Part shown: positions 1-12,299 of the stretch, one piece after another | How the letters are laid out: each line of letters starts with the position of its first letter | Position numbering within the stretch: position 1 is the stretch's first letter | Assembly (NCBI RefSeq): GCF_006345805.1 | Contig: NC_043005.1 | Location: forward strand, 56,482,001-56,546,000 | Direction: 5' to 3' | DNA from: Octopus sinensis | Lineage: Eukaryota | DNA: 64,000 nt | Translations under genes and position numbers: made by a program | The notes under the pieces: model-generated | What the model saw: only the letters and a program-made list of their open reading frames with translations | Databases searched by the model: none | What the model was told of the DNA's origin: nothing

Positions 1-1148
1 GCTAGAAAAACAAACTGCTGGAGAGTGGTTGTAAGGGAGATACATTTTGAATAGTTCTTGAAAAATATAATCTTGACCATGAGGTTAAGATATTAGATTA
101 GTGACCATATCGTTATAAGTTCAAATACGTAATATTACAATAGTTTGCTGTCTTGTGTCCTTAAATAAAGCAGATAACCTGATTTGCACTGGTTTCTCTA
201 ACCGGTAACAAAACAAGACCCAGTCAATGTTTTCCTGTCGGTAAAGGATATTCGAAACTTTGAGCCAAACCTTAACCATTTAAAACGTAACTTGGTTTCG
301 AGTTAAAGAAGACTTATAAGGTTATAACACCACACCGTCTCCTTCATATAAATTATAAAATACAATAAGTGGGTCGATACGATGTCAGAATTTTGCGTGA
401 ATGTTTGATGGTATGTATCCTAACTCTAGAATTGTATCTGGATATGGCACAATTGTGTCTGGATATGGCACAAATTCAATCATAAAATCCTCACGGAAAG
501 TCAGTTATTTTTATGGCCGAAGAGACAGCAAGTGTGAGTAGATGTACAAAAAGGAGAAAGAGAAATAAATACGTGTAAAAGAGTTTATGAGAGAATGGAT
601 GCATATGTTGTCATGTCATCAGGTGAAATGGCTGTCTGTTAGATACTGAAATAGTTTAGTTAGTTATGTTACAGATATTATGGTACATGAGTTGCTATGA
701 GGTACATCAGTTTCTAACAAACAATGGGGTTATCAAAGGATTTGTCATAAGGAAATTGCAAAAGAGCTGGCTATAGAACGATATTTTTTTTCTACTATTT
801 GAAAATTTCAACTGGTTTCTACGTGCACACGTACATACATACAATGCATCATCATCTGATTGAGCTTACTCGGACATTTTTAACACGCACACGCTACCCC
901 TCTCGGTCCTGCAGAAATGCCACTATCATTGGAAAGCCGGATGGAAGTAGGGAATGAAATGCAAAGCATAAAAAATACTTTGTCTTTGGATTTCTTTCTA
1001 CTTCGCAGAACAAATTAATTCTAATTAAATAAATAAGCGATTGAGCATAGAAATTCATCCTTAAATGTGAGCCATTGTTTGACTTGTCGGCCTAATTTTT
1101 GCTATCTAAAGGGTATGACAAGACTACTACAGAAGGCAGTGTGTGTGC

Positions 1149-1194
<46 letters not shown>

Positions 1195-1285
1195 TACTCT
1201 CGTATACTGGTCTTACCATTTGGTACAGGTTTTGCCATCTTCACATAAGAACAACGTTATAAAAAGAAAATCAGTGAGAGATTAC

Positions 1286-1574
1286 CTGCCGGCGTTAAAG
1301 GCAAATGATTGCCATAATGATCCAAATGACAATTGCTTCTATCGGTGATATCATGATAACTGTTGCTTGTTACGTCAGGAGAAATGGGAGATTTTTCCAG
1401 TCGACTATTAATTTGTAATTCTGGCAATTGAGGAGCTGGTTTCTTGTTCAACGTATAACTGTCATCCTTTGCATAGTTATGATTCTTACATCGGGCATTA
1501 ACTAGCTGGACAGGATCGACCCCATTCAACTGTGGTAGGTTTGTTGTCGGGGCGACAGTAGCTACTGGTTTTTT
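1286..1574 (-). CDS. Candidate internal coding exon (96 aa, KKPVATVAPTTNLPQLNG...GNHLPLTPA), gene unknown
   Basis: Unique non-repetitive open frame; polypyrimidine tract + CAG acceptor (ttttcttttgtctcag|AAA, phase 0); donor GCAG|GTAATC (phase 1). Confidence 0.5.
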
Positions 1575-1815
1575 CTGAGACAAAAGAAAATCAAAAGGGA
1601 GAAACATATTATAAATTAGTAAATAGTATTCTACATATTAAAGGATAAATATTTATTTGTGATGATACACGAACTATTGCAATTGGGATTGAGCAGTGGT
1701 TCGGCAGAATCAGTAAACTTCGACTTCGACTTCGGTCATAAGTCCCCCAGAAAACATTCGCTTAACTCAGTTTCCGTGATGCGCAATAAGTAAAACTTCG
1801 AAAACTTGTCTAATG

Positions 1816-1992
1816 GTATTTATTTACGTTTCTGAGTTCAAATTCCGCCGAGGTCGACTTTGCCCTTCATCCTTTCGGGGTCGATTAGATAAGTACCAGT
1901 TACGCACTGGGGTCGATATAATCGACTTAATCCGTTTGTCTGTCCTTGTTTGTCCCCTCTGTGTTTAACCCCTTGTGGGTAGTAAAGAAATA
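1816..1992 (+). mobile_element. SINE family B, 5'-truncated, tail type 1
   Basis: gagttcaaattccgccgaggtcgactttgcc...ccccttgtgggtagtaaagaaatag; the 19-bp direct repeat ggtatttatttacgtttct occurs at both ends. Confidence 0.85.
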
Positions 1993-2459
1993 GGTATTTA
2001 TTTACGTTTCTTTACGTTGTTAGGTTAAGTCTAATCGAAGCCTACATTACCTTTCATTCATCACAAATTGGGAATCAGATGTATAAATATCATTTAGCAA
2101 CTTGCAAAATAAAACCACCCTGAGGGCGTCCTTTCTGTTAATATCATAATATAACGAGTCGAACATCTTCAATTGACCTAGATTACTCATGGAGTCAGTA
2201 AACAAAAACGTCCCACAACACAACATTTATATTATCTGCTCTGTATCACCACTATAAATTGGTCACCGTCGTTTTCGATAATGAATATTTCAAATGATCG
2301 ATAAACCGTCTGTTCGTTGATTTATCCTGTTAGCATGTTAGTAGGTCAGTATTCCAGAGATATATGTTGTACTCTCAACATTATATATATATATATTGCT
2401 CTATTATTTTTTTATCGGTTTCAGCCAGAGAATGCAGCCATGCTGGGGCACCGCCATTA

Positions 2460-3418
2460 GGTCTAATGCTGGTTTATTTTAGACTCACTTTCCGGTTCTT
2501 CCCCTCTGAAATAAATTTGGTGAAGTAGTTGCCTATCTTTGCAGTTTTTGCAATGATATGGTTTCATATGGTATGTCAAATGTCTGAGACCTTTTGGAAA
2601 GGTACTGAAAAGTTGCAGATCTGTGAACCCTAAACTGTTACAGTACTGGGTTCATTCTCTGGATGAAGAGAGCGGATCTTTGGTAATAGGTAGTGGGGTC
2701 CAGCTTGGAGATAGATATAGCCTTCAATCTCAAAGATAGGTGTTACACCTTCTAGGATCTGTTCTATCAAATGTAATCTTAGTTTAAACAACAACAGCAA
2801 CAATCTCACTACCGTACAACACACAACATGCATATATTATCCCACAATAAAGAGAAGTAGAATAGCTGGAGACCACCACGTCTCTGTCCTTCGCATATCT
2901 GTATTTATCAATGCGTATCTTTCACACCTTCACTCCAAGGATTAAAGCCTCAATTCGTTTAAACTTGTGCAGTAATCCATTTGAGTCAATCCTCTTGGTT
3001 TGGTAGCGTGGGATTGCACCGAATTCTGTTGTTAATTTCACACTCTATGGCGATAATAATTGGGGCGTAGAACTCCTGCAGCTGAAAGCGAATATTCTCC
3101 GTAGAAGCAACATAAATCTCTTTTTTTTTTCCATGTAGTGAATGATCTCAGAATCCAGACAGTCGGTCGACTGCACATTGTTGCGCACAGAATAATGGAT
3201 CATCACTCATGTAGATTCCCTGGTCTTGTGTATTCCGACTGCAATCTGCTTGTTAGTCGATATCGAAATGCTCGAAACTTGTCAGCTTTAACTGCGTATT
3301 TTCTTCAACCCACTCGTATATTGCGTTCAAATATTTCTGTAGTTTTAAGGTATTTTCAGGGTCCTTGACTGCTTACGATACTTTTATATCATCAGCATAG
3401 CTGGTAAATGTGGTTGAC
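2460..3418 (-). mobile_element. Decayed CR1/L2-like LINE, RT C-terminal part and 3' end
   Basis: Minus-strand translation TFTSYADDIKVS..LQKYLNAIYEWVEEN..LNELRL*SLE*RCERYALI..ILEGVTPIF..LLPKIRS, with stops and frameshifts. Confidence 0.85.
2757..2905 (+). repeat. 149-bp copy of 5160-5308 inserted inside the CR1 LINE
   Basis: About 5 differences between the copies by eye; it interrupts the LINE frame between YALI and ILEG. Confidence 0.9.
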
Positions 3419-4882
3419 GGACCTTTTCTGTTTGGCTGCCAAAATTTCAAAAATCAAAGTTTATTGAAAATTTTTAATTTGGTACATTAATGTAGTTTTC
3501 CAAGCTGAATTGCTGGAGATATTTCACTTTTTCCAGAAAATATTTTTTTTAAAGTTAGAGAAGCTTAATAATTTTCACCCAGTCAGGAGACAGAATTTGG
3601 AAGCTGTCATTTTGTACGTGACTGCACATTTTGTCAACATCCTGAAAATAGCACGTGGGTTTTTATATGAAACCGTAAACAAAAGAATTACGCACGACAT
3701 ATAGCCCTTCATAGCTTATTGTTTTTTGGAATTTTCAGAAACTTTTTGCGGACTTGTATTCTACACATGGAAATTCATCCGATCATGCCCCCACCAAAAA
3801 AAAAAAAAAGGTGGGTGTGCGTGATTTAAGGCCTATTTCGCTGTTATTTTTAGCACACCTCACAATCACCTCAATGACAGAAGAAAAACAAGTAAACAAC
3901 ACGTATTTTGTAGTTTTAAGCATTCAATATGCATTTAATGCAATAACCAGCACATTACAAATTAAATATTTCTCAAAATAAGTAACTTATAGCACAAACT
4001 TATGTATGCATTCCTCCAGTGTGTCAGGATTCCGACATGGCACTCGCATAAAGAAAAACCTGTCTGTTCTCGCGACATACTCCTCCAAGAGCCCACTACA
4101 CAGGTAGGGCTCTTCTTCGGTTGTACTCTCGTCTTGAGAAGACTATTTCGTTGATCTCAACAATCTTCCCAGGGCCAACAACCTTAATTGGATGCCAGAG
4201 TAGGTTCTCCGCACATTCTTACTTAACAGAGCTGTTATAATCAACATCTGTACAATGGTCCATCTCCAGTTCTTCAACACAAAACCGGACTGAAGTCAAT
4301 TCCTTAACCTATGAGTAAAGGAAGAGCACTACAGTCCTAAGAGGAAGGGTGCCACCGCCAAACTATGTGTCTTTCCTCTCTGACACAGAATCCACGCATC
4401 CTTAGCGCGAGCATCACCAATACATATTCCCACTACGTTTTCTTGTACTTATAAAATGCTTCTTCGTTTTCAGTAATTTTCTTTTAAGTATAACGCCTTT
4501 TTCTTGCAAGTATGAAACCGCATCCTCCTGTGATTTAAGGCCTATTTGGTTGCTATTTTTAGCTCACATGACCATGACTTCAATGACTGGAATATATTTA
4601 TTAACACGTGCTTTCTCGCGGACAAAAGAGTTATCGTATTTGGCTTGTTACTATGGAAACAGGCATGAATGTATCTGTGGCTTTCGATTGGCTAAATTTA
4701 ACCAAAATCTTCGGACCTTAATACCTAGTAACTCTTTATGTATTGATTTATAGCGAAAATTGTTTTCATGGCATTGATTAGCATATAAAAGTATATCATT
4801 ACACAGAAAATGAAACCAATTTGAACAGAAATTGAAGAGATTGGCACCCAAACAGAAATTGGCAGCCAAATGGAAAAGATCC
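3419..4882 (-). mobile_element. Merlin (IS1016/ISXO2-like) DNA transposon, deletion derivative
   Basis: TIRs GGACCTTTTCTGTTTGGCTGCCAA / GGATCTTTTCCATTTGGCTGCCAA; 8-bp TSD tggttgac / tggctgtc (2 mismatches); internal transposase remnant. Confidence 0.85.
4000..4400 (-). pseudogene. Merlin transposase remnant
   Basis: VVGPGKIVEINEIVFSRREYNRRRALPV*WALGGVCRENRQVFL..VPCRNPDTLEECIHKFV matches the Merlin GGPGKIVEIDES..KRKYNRGR..WVFGG.CRE motif. Confidence 0.85.
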
Positions 4883-5160
4883 TGGCTGTCTGTGACTGAG
4901 GGTATGTCTGAGAGAATCACCACGAAAAGTACTAGTCCCGGTACAGTTTTATGGGGAATTCGCTAAGTATTGGTATCTCCTCAGAGAGGCCCTTATTGGC
5001 AGCGATTGTTTGACTCTTATTTTTTAAAAAGTCATGCAGCCTTTCCCCGAGTTTTCCAATGTTTGCACAGTTTATAACATTTCCATGATATTGATTCATG
5101 GAGTTCGCGGTGCTCTCAAAAATATTTGTTGGTCATGGATGGAATGTCTTCCAATATCAA
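4883..5160 (-). mobile_element. CR1/L2-like LINE, upstream RT part (same element as 2460-3418)
   Basis: GKLGERLHDFLKNKSQTIAANKGLSE...VLFVVILSDIPSVT joins TFTSYADD once the Merlin element is removed. Confidence 0.8.
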
Positions 5161-6070
5161 TCTGTTCTATCAAATGTAATCTTAGTTTAAACAAGAACAG
5201 CAACAATCTCACTACCGTACAACACACAACGTGCATGTATTATCCCACAATAAAGAGAAGTAGAATAGCTGGAGACCACCACATCTCTGTCCTTCGCATA
5301 TCTGTATTCCATATCTATGTTTCCGTAAGAAAGTTAATCAACAACTACATCGGTATCAACAATAGCTGCAACATGAACTATAAAAAAACAGCTGCAGTGA
5401 TAACAACCACAACAGCAGTAGCAGCAGCAGCAACAACAAAAATAACATTTGTAACTGTCAATAACGAGCTTTTATTTGGTCGCTTAGCTTGCTAGAAACA
5501 GCGACCATGTCTTTCTTGAATTATTGTCAACTCTACTGTTTAAAAAAATTGTTGAGAAATATTGAAGATTGTACTTTTAGATACACCATTTGAATAAAAA
5601 GACGGGATGGTAATGGATGAAACGATTTGAACAAAGGCCTATTCAAGGTCAGTTAGACAGCTAATGCTCTTATCTCAGCCTTCGTGATCCTAGCTAATAA
5701 ATGATGTAGACAATAAGAACACTGAATGAAATAACAGACTAAGCATTCAGTTTTCTTCAATGCCAGTCTCCAGGCAAAACACCACAACTATATTATGGTA
5801 ACCATTTTTCTTCTTTTACTTGGATGTTATTTATCAAAACTAAATAGCAGTAAGTAATATATTTATTAGAAAATTAATGACTTATAACTGGGGCGCTAAA
5901 TAGTGAACCATTTAGTCTTGGCATGTCGGAATTTTAATACTTTTAACAGTTCTACTATCGAAATATCGTTTACATATTTACATGCGCATTAATTTTAGGT
6001 AAATGCATTATATAAAATAATATTAAAATTAAAACATTAAATTTTCAAAGTTCATCACGTGTTTTATATA

Positions 6071-6297
6071 TTGGTTTGTCCGGAAAATTCGTGCCGATTT
6101 TATAGTAGCTTACCATTTTGACTCACACTCCCGGGCATCTCAATTCTGGGAAGAGGGTATTTTCAAGTTAAGGGAAAGATGGAGACGCATTGTGCAACAA
6201 AATGGTTCATATTTTGTTGATTAAAAATGTAATGGCAAGTATTTATTGACCTTTTACTTTCCTTTAAAAATCGGCACGAACTTTCCGGACAAACCAA
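6071..6297. mobile_element. mariner-derived MITE / deletion derivative
   Basis: About 30-bp TIR ttggtttgtccggaaa(a/g)ttcgtgccgattt; TA flanks; interior encodes EGIFKLRERWRRIVQQNGSYFVD* (mariner C-terminus). Confidence 0.9.
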
Positions 6298-6434
6298 TAT
6301 ATATATATATATATATAGTGCAAACAAGGGAGTCAGAGAAAGGCAGAATGCCACTTAAATCTGAACACTACTATAGAAATATTCTTTTAAAAAAACTTTT
6401 CTTCTAATTTTTCTAAATTTAATTATTTAATCGT

Positions 6435-6477
6435 TACAGTTGAAAAGGTCTCAAAATGGCCGAAACCGGTACTGAAA
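6435..6477 (+). ncRNA. Decayed Penelope-type hammerhead ribozyme remnant
   Basis: CAG-TTGAAAA-GGTC..GGCC-GAAA-CCGG-TA-CTG; palindromic stem III ACCGGT; core degenerate. Confidence 0.35.
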
Positions 6478-6579
6478 TGTTCACTATAAAATTATTTTAG
6501 CATTTTCTATTTTTTACTTGTTTTTTCATATATATATATATATATACTTATCGCTTTTTCTTTTTTTTTCTTTTTACTT

Positions 6580-6790
6580 TGTTTCAGTCATTTGACTGAG
6601 GCCATGCTGGAACACCGCCTTAAAGGGATATAGTCGAAGTAATCGAACCTAGGACTTATTCTTTGTAAGCTTAGTACTTATTCTATCGGTCACTTTTGCC
6701 GAACAGCTAAGTTACGGGGATATAAACACACGAGTATCGGTTGTCAGGCGATGATTAGGGGACAAACACAAAGACACACACACACAAATA
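6580..6790 (-). mobile_element. SINE family A, 3' half
   Basis: Reverse complement of the tail shared with full copies (e.g. 57140-57524). Confidence 0.85.
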
Positions 6791-6801
6791 CATACATACA
6801 T

Positions 6802-6856
<55 letters not shown>

Positions 6857-7002
6857 CAGATTTATAGAAAACAAAAGATGAAGACGTGTAGGAACAACAA
6901 ACAAGTGTATTAGTTTGACGCTCGGCAAAAGTGGAAAAGTGTGTACTCTCATTCTATCTCCTCCTCTCCCCTCTCTCTTTCGCCTCCCCTCTCTCTCTCA
7001 TC

Positions 7003-7043
<41 letters not shown>

Positions 7044-7365
7044 ACACACACACACACACGTACAAGTGGTCAAAATTCTGGATCCCTTCTCATATAGTTG
7101 TTAGTCGGCTTTATGCCACTTTCCTGTTCGTAACTACTTTTCTAGCCATCTTCAAAACATATTCTATTGTTGTATTCAGAATTGATATTTCGTTTGCACT
7201 AAAACAAATTAATTACGAAATTCAGAGTATATAAAACACTTATGTGTCAAAATAAATATTTTATTAATTTACATTCAATAATCACTCAAGAATGACACAA
7301 AGTCACGGTTTTTTTTGTTTTTTTTTTATTTATAGCCAATCTACAGTGAGACACAATCACACTAC

Positions 7366-7401
7366 CTTCGGTATCCAATCAACGTTAAGGCCTGATAATA
7401 C
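7366..7401 (-). CDS. Possible 36-nt micro-exon (VLSGLNVDWIPK)
   Basis: Acceptor tttcactatcag|GTA and donor AAG|GTAGTG, phase 0/0; may be chance. Confidence 0.2.
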
Positions 7402-7447
7402 CTGATAGTGAAACTGGTTAACGGAAAATTCCGTGGACGCCCATCGA

Positions 7448-7486
<39 letters not shown>

Positions 7487-7519
7487 TACACACACATATG
7501 TATGTATGTATGTACATAT

Positions 7520-7680
7520 ATAGGGAGAATTCACAAAAAAAACAAAAGACGAAGACAGTTGGTGTAGACAACAAATAGATGTATTAGTATAAAGCTCAGG
7601 AAGTGAAAAAGTCTTTAACATTTCGAGCCTATGCTCTTATACAGAAAGGGACACAGAAAGAAACAAGGAGAGAAAAAAAT
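7520..7680 (-). mobile_element. Penelope-like terminal fragment (family P2) with decayed hammerhead at 7613-7648
   Basis: Homologous to 12300-12430 and 33420-33580; minus strand CTTT-CTGTATA-AGAGC-ATAG-GCTC-GAAA-TGTT-AAAG. Confidence 0.6.
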
Positions 7681-7844
7681 ATGTACATATATATACACAA
7701 ATACATATGCTTACGTATCTATATGTGCATGTATGTATGTATGTATGTATGTATGTATGTATGTATGTATGTATGTATGTATGTATGTATGTATGTAGTG
7801 TATGTATGTATGTATGTATGTATGTATGTATGTATGTGCGTACG

Positions 7845-8045
7845 TATGTCTCTTCTATTTTTAATTATTATATATGTTCCACTGAAGAGGGACCCAGTTT
7901 CCAACAAAGATACAAGGCTCCATTCTTGGGATGTTGTCAGCGCAGACAAATTCACATTTGGAAATTGAGAAAAATCTTGCATATTTGTACCGTTCCATTC
8001 ACAGACAGCTCTTGTAATGTACGAATTAGCCGGTCGATTTCTCAT
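7845..8045 (-). mobile_element. R4/Dong-like RLE non-LTR retrotransposon, 3' end
   Basis: EIDRLIRTLQELSVNGTVQICKIFLNFQM* plus 3' UTR; homologous to 52693-53150; (ACAT)n on both sides. Confidence 0.8.
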
Positions 8046-8494
8046 GTATGTATGTATTTAGGAGGTATATAATAGAATCATAACCAAAAATCGAACCTAA
8101 GTCACTACGTTCATTTGCTGTTTTCGTTAATTCTGTACTTTGAATCCATTTGTTTATCTTGTCAGAAATTCACGCTCATTTTCGGTGAAAAAAAAAATTA
8201 ACCTAGATAAATTTAATCCGTCTCCAATTATGGTTCCCTAATCCAGCCTCCAACCAGATATTTTATATATTTACGACTGTTTACAAGGCAATGGTTAATT
8301 TCCATATTTCAGCTTTGGAAAATATTTCACCCAATCACTAACATGTTTCTTCCACGCGAGCCTTGAAATTTTTATTTCCTCCGTCCACACGGTTATTGGC
8401 AGATTACTCTAACGGTACTGAAAGAGAGAAATTTACGGTGTAAACCAGGAAATTCTCAACCATTTTTTATCTATTCTTTAATTCATGTATTCTT

Positions 8495-8665
8495 TTATTT
8501 GTTTCAGCATTTGATTGCGGCCATGCTTGAGCACCGCCTTTCGTCGAACAATTATTCTATCGGTCTCTTTTGCCGAACCGCTGGTTTACGGGGACGTAAA
8601 CACACCAACACCGGTTGTCAAGCGATGATGGGGAGTGGGGCGGACAAACACAGACACACAAACAT
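8495..8665 (-). mobile_element. SINE family A, 3' half
   Basis: gtttcagcatttgattgcggccatgc...gacaaacacagacac. Confidence 0.8.
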
Positions 8666-8676
8666 ATACATATATA

Positions 8677-8940
8677 CCGTATTTGATGGCCTATAAGACG
8701 CACCTTTTTTACTGAAAAATGGCTTTAAAAATTCCCTTGCGTCCAATGCACTCAATGTACGCTCAAAACTCGTGACTGTTGGCCTAAATTATATATCAGA
8801 AGTCACGTAGATGTAGCTGCCATCTATTGGTGAACAATCGCCTACGGTATGTTTATATCGAATGTAGATGCAATAAATTGCTTATAATTACCGGATAACA
8901 AAGTTATACAGGTAAGTGGAGGAATTAAAGCATTATTTTA
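8677..8940 (+). mobile_element. Possible pogo/Tc-like transposon end
   Basis: TA + ccgtatttgatggcctataagacgcac resembles CCGTATTT..CTATAAGACGCAC termini; partner end not found. Confidence 0.35.
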
Positions 8941-9269
8941 GTGGTAATTTATTTTACAAAAGTAAATGTATTCCCAACTAAAGAAATTTAACACCACCTT
9001 TGACCCAAATCATGCAAAATTCTAAGAGGTTCATAAGGCCTACTCAAGTTTTTACCAAACTTGGTGTGTTGACTTAATGCAATGCAAAAGCAGTATATCT
9101 CAAATTTCAACTTTCAAGTTTAAGTAGTTTAGAAGTTATAGAGTTATTAATTTGTTACCACTTAGGCCCTTCTTTAGGAAATATCCTTTTACTCTCCTTT
9201 TTAATTTTGTGACACTAAAACCTCTGACTATATTAACTGTTTTTCAGAATAGTAAGCTTATCCAACTAG

Positions 9270-10425
9270 AGTATCTAAAATAATGTCCCATCAGAGAAGT
9301 GCTTGTGTCACTCGAAGAAACAAAAAAAAATTTGGACGAAGAATCTCGTGCAATTTCAAGACTCATAGGAAAAGAAGACCTGTTCTTCTTGAAGAGCATT
9401 CTTTGGTAAACTACTACAGGATACCAATGAAACTTCAAATTGTCGGTTGCTACCTGTTTCTTGGCGGTACCATCAAAGGAAGGAAAGAAAGAACAAAAGA
9501 AATCTCGAAAGAAGTAACTTTTTTATGACAAAAGAAATTAAATTTTCATTATTTATTAATATGTGCTGAATACCGACGATAAATGTGTAAATCGAGGGAA
9601 ATACGATTCATTGAAAGGAATTTTTGATATCACAAAAGAAAATGGTGAATGGCTGTGCAGTGAGGATAGAAGGTTATATTATCTTCAAATTGAAAGCAAG
9701 GAACAGGCTGGGCATGCAACTGGAAAGGCAGCCAGTTTCAAAATTATCCATCCATCCATCCAAAAGAAGAAAAGTGTCCTTAATGCCAACTTCAATCAGA
9801 GCAACTCTAGTGTCATCACCAATATCTGAAGCAGAGAGTGAAGGTGAATATCAAGAGTCTGTAAAATCAGACGAAGAATCCACACAAACAAGGAGGAAGT
9901 ATAGCAAAGCTGGAACTCCAGCCAAGTTAGTAATATCTTCCAAGCTATAAGCCAAAAAAGCAGCAAAAGTTTGTCGATAATTATCTCAAAATGGAATCAA
10001 TGTCGAGACTCCTTCCCAATCTGGTATTCACAGATCGACTATCAAAGAAACTGTTAAACTAAAACGAAATGAAAAAAAAACGCTACATTTAGAAAACTGG
10101 TCATTACATTTTGATGTTAAACATATTGATGACCAAGAATACCAAGTGCTAGTTTTAAAGAATGAACAGAAAGAAGTTAAGTTAGAAGCACTCCAATTAA
10201 CAAACGGAAAATACAATACTGTGGTGAAAGGGATAACAGTTGTTTTAGATGAATACAATTTATGGATGATTGTCGCTGATACAATGAGTGTGAACACTGG
10301 TAAAAAAATGGCATTGTCATTCAGTTGCAAAGACTGTTTGCTCAAAAGGGTTTGAAAGAACCGCAATTTATTGGCATCAGTATCATATCCTTGATAGAGT
10401 TCTTCGTGTTGTAATGGCTAACGAA
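9270..10425 (+). pseudogene. Fragmented hAT-like DDE transposase (superfamily uncertain)
   Basis: ENWSLHFDVKHIDDQEYQVLVLKNEQKEVKLEAL..LWMIVADTMSVNTGKK..PQFIG(C)QYHILDRVLRVVM: HFD, DT(T) and CxxH-like motifs, multiple frameshifts. Confidence 0.7.
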
Positions 10426-10700
10426 CTTGAAGAAAAAAAGTCGTCTCCCAATATTCGTTAGCCATTACAACTCGAAGAACTCTATCAAGGATATGATACT
10501 GATACCAATAAATTGCGGTTCTTTCAATCCCTTTTGAGCAAACAGTCTTTGCAACTGAATGACAATGCCATTTACCCCAGTGTTCACACTCGTTGTATCA
10601 GCGGTGATCATCCATAAATTGTATTCATCTAAAACAGCTGTTATCCCTTTCACAACAATATCGGCTTTTCCGTTTGGTAATTGGAGTGCTTCTAACTTAA
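10177..10700. repeat. Fold-back inverted duplication of the transposase core (arms 10177-10425 and 10454-10700, 28-bp spacer)
   Basis: The right arm is the reverse complement of the left arm with scattered substitutions (roughly 90-95% identical by eye). Confidence 0.95.
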
Positions 10701-10990
10701 TGTGAGACCAGAAGAAATGCCGCTAAGCATTTCGCCCGTCGTGCTAACGATTCCACTATCTTGTCGCCTTTATCCCTCAAAATAGCACATCGTTAATAGC
10801 TAAATGCTTTTATAGCAGAAAACAGCTATGAACCTAGCTAAAATCTGTGCTAGAGGGCTAGTAGCTCTAGCATCGTCGAAACTTAAATGATTATAATAAA
10901 ACGGTAGATTGATCATTTTCAACAGTGTTAACATCACAAATGACTAAAATAGACTTAAATGCGGTAATCCGCAAGAGTATGAAGTTATCG

Positions 10991-11028
<38 letters not shown>

Positions 11029-11435
11029 CAGTTATTGGATTGTGGTGCACACTCAGTCAGTCTCTTGTGCTAGAATCTCACCATCAGCATACATCTTGAA
11101 GCGAAAATGAAATGTAAATCTGGGAACATATGAAGCATCTTACATCACCTTTTGAGGTTCTTTTTCACCGTGCATTGCATCTGGTGTTATTACATCGTTC
11201 AACGCCCACTAGGGAGCAGTGCAGAATGAAACCGAAACGATTGCTGTGCTAATAAATGCTTCTAGTTACACTCCCTTTCCGTATTGATCTTTTAATACAC
11301 ACACACATATATATATATACACATATATGTGTGTGTGTATGTGTATATAGATAGATAGACATTATATATATATAATTAGATATATATCAATTAGATATAT
11401 ATATATATATATATACATATACATGTGTGTATATG

Positions 11436-11494
<59 letters not shown>

Positions 11495-11694
11495 TATATA
11501 TACACATATTTATATATACTCACATGTGTATGAATATATATATATATATTATATTATATATATATATACATGCATACGTATATATATATATATATATATA
11601 TATACATGCATACGTAAATTCCTTAGTGTATTAAATCAAAAGAATAATAACATACGATAGATAATTTTCAGATATAGATATATAATTATATAAT

Positions 11695-11786
11695 TTCCTG
11701 AGCGTCAATAATACTTTAATTGTTCCACGTCCTGCGTTGCTGTGTTTTTTTCTCTTTTTTTCTGTGTTTTCTTGTTTGGATTAACT

Positions 11787-11790
<4 letters not shown>
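11695..11790 (+). mobile_element. Penelope-like terminal fragment (family P1, downstream of the ribozyme)
   Basis: ttcctgagcgtcaataatactttaattgttccacgtcctgcgttgctgtg matches the reverse complement of 57560-57625 and 62310-62375. Confidence 0.6.
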
Positions 11791-11876
<86 letters not shown>

Positions 11877-12299
11877 GTGTCATATACATCTATATATATA
11901 TAATCCGGAGTAGTAGAAGCACACTCTAAAAAAATGGGGCGAAAATTGGGTGACCAAAACGGGGCAATGTGTGTAAAAATAACAAATAATTTAAAGGATT
12001 AATTAAGTTTTATTTATGAAATAGTGTTGTTTTGAACTTTCTACAGAAAATGGTCTATGTCTGTGATGGTGAGTTGGGGAGGATACTAGGAATGTGGTCT
12101 TAGAACCAAGTGGGTAGCAGCCTGAAAATGTAGAGCAGTAAGCAGCCTTCCACATTAATATATGTATTAATATATATACCAATTGAGGACTGAACACGAA
12201 AAGTGGACAGTCAACATGCTAGATATAGACGTCAAATCGTCATTCTCCACAAAAGATTATGTTCTCAAATCAAACTCAGTACTTGTATTAATATATATA

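Noticed and set aside
2630-2833. ORF with YLLPKI, suggesting a Penelope RT or a host exon
   Set aside because: It continues the CR1-like LINE frame once the 149-bp insert is removed
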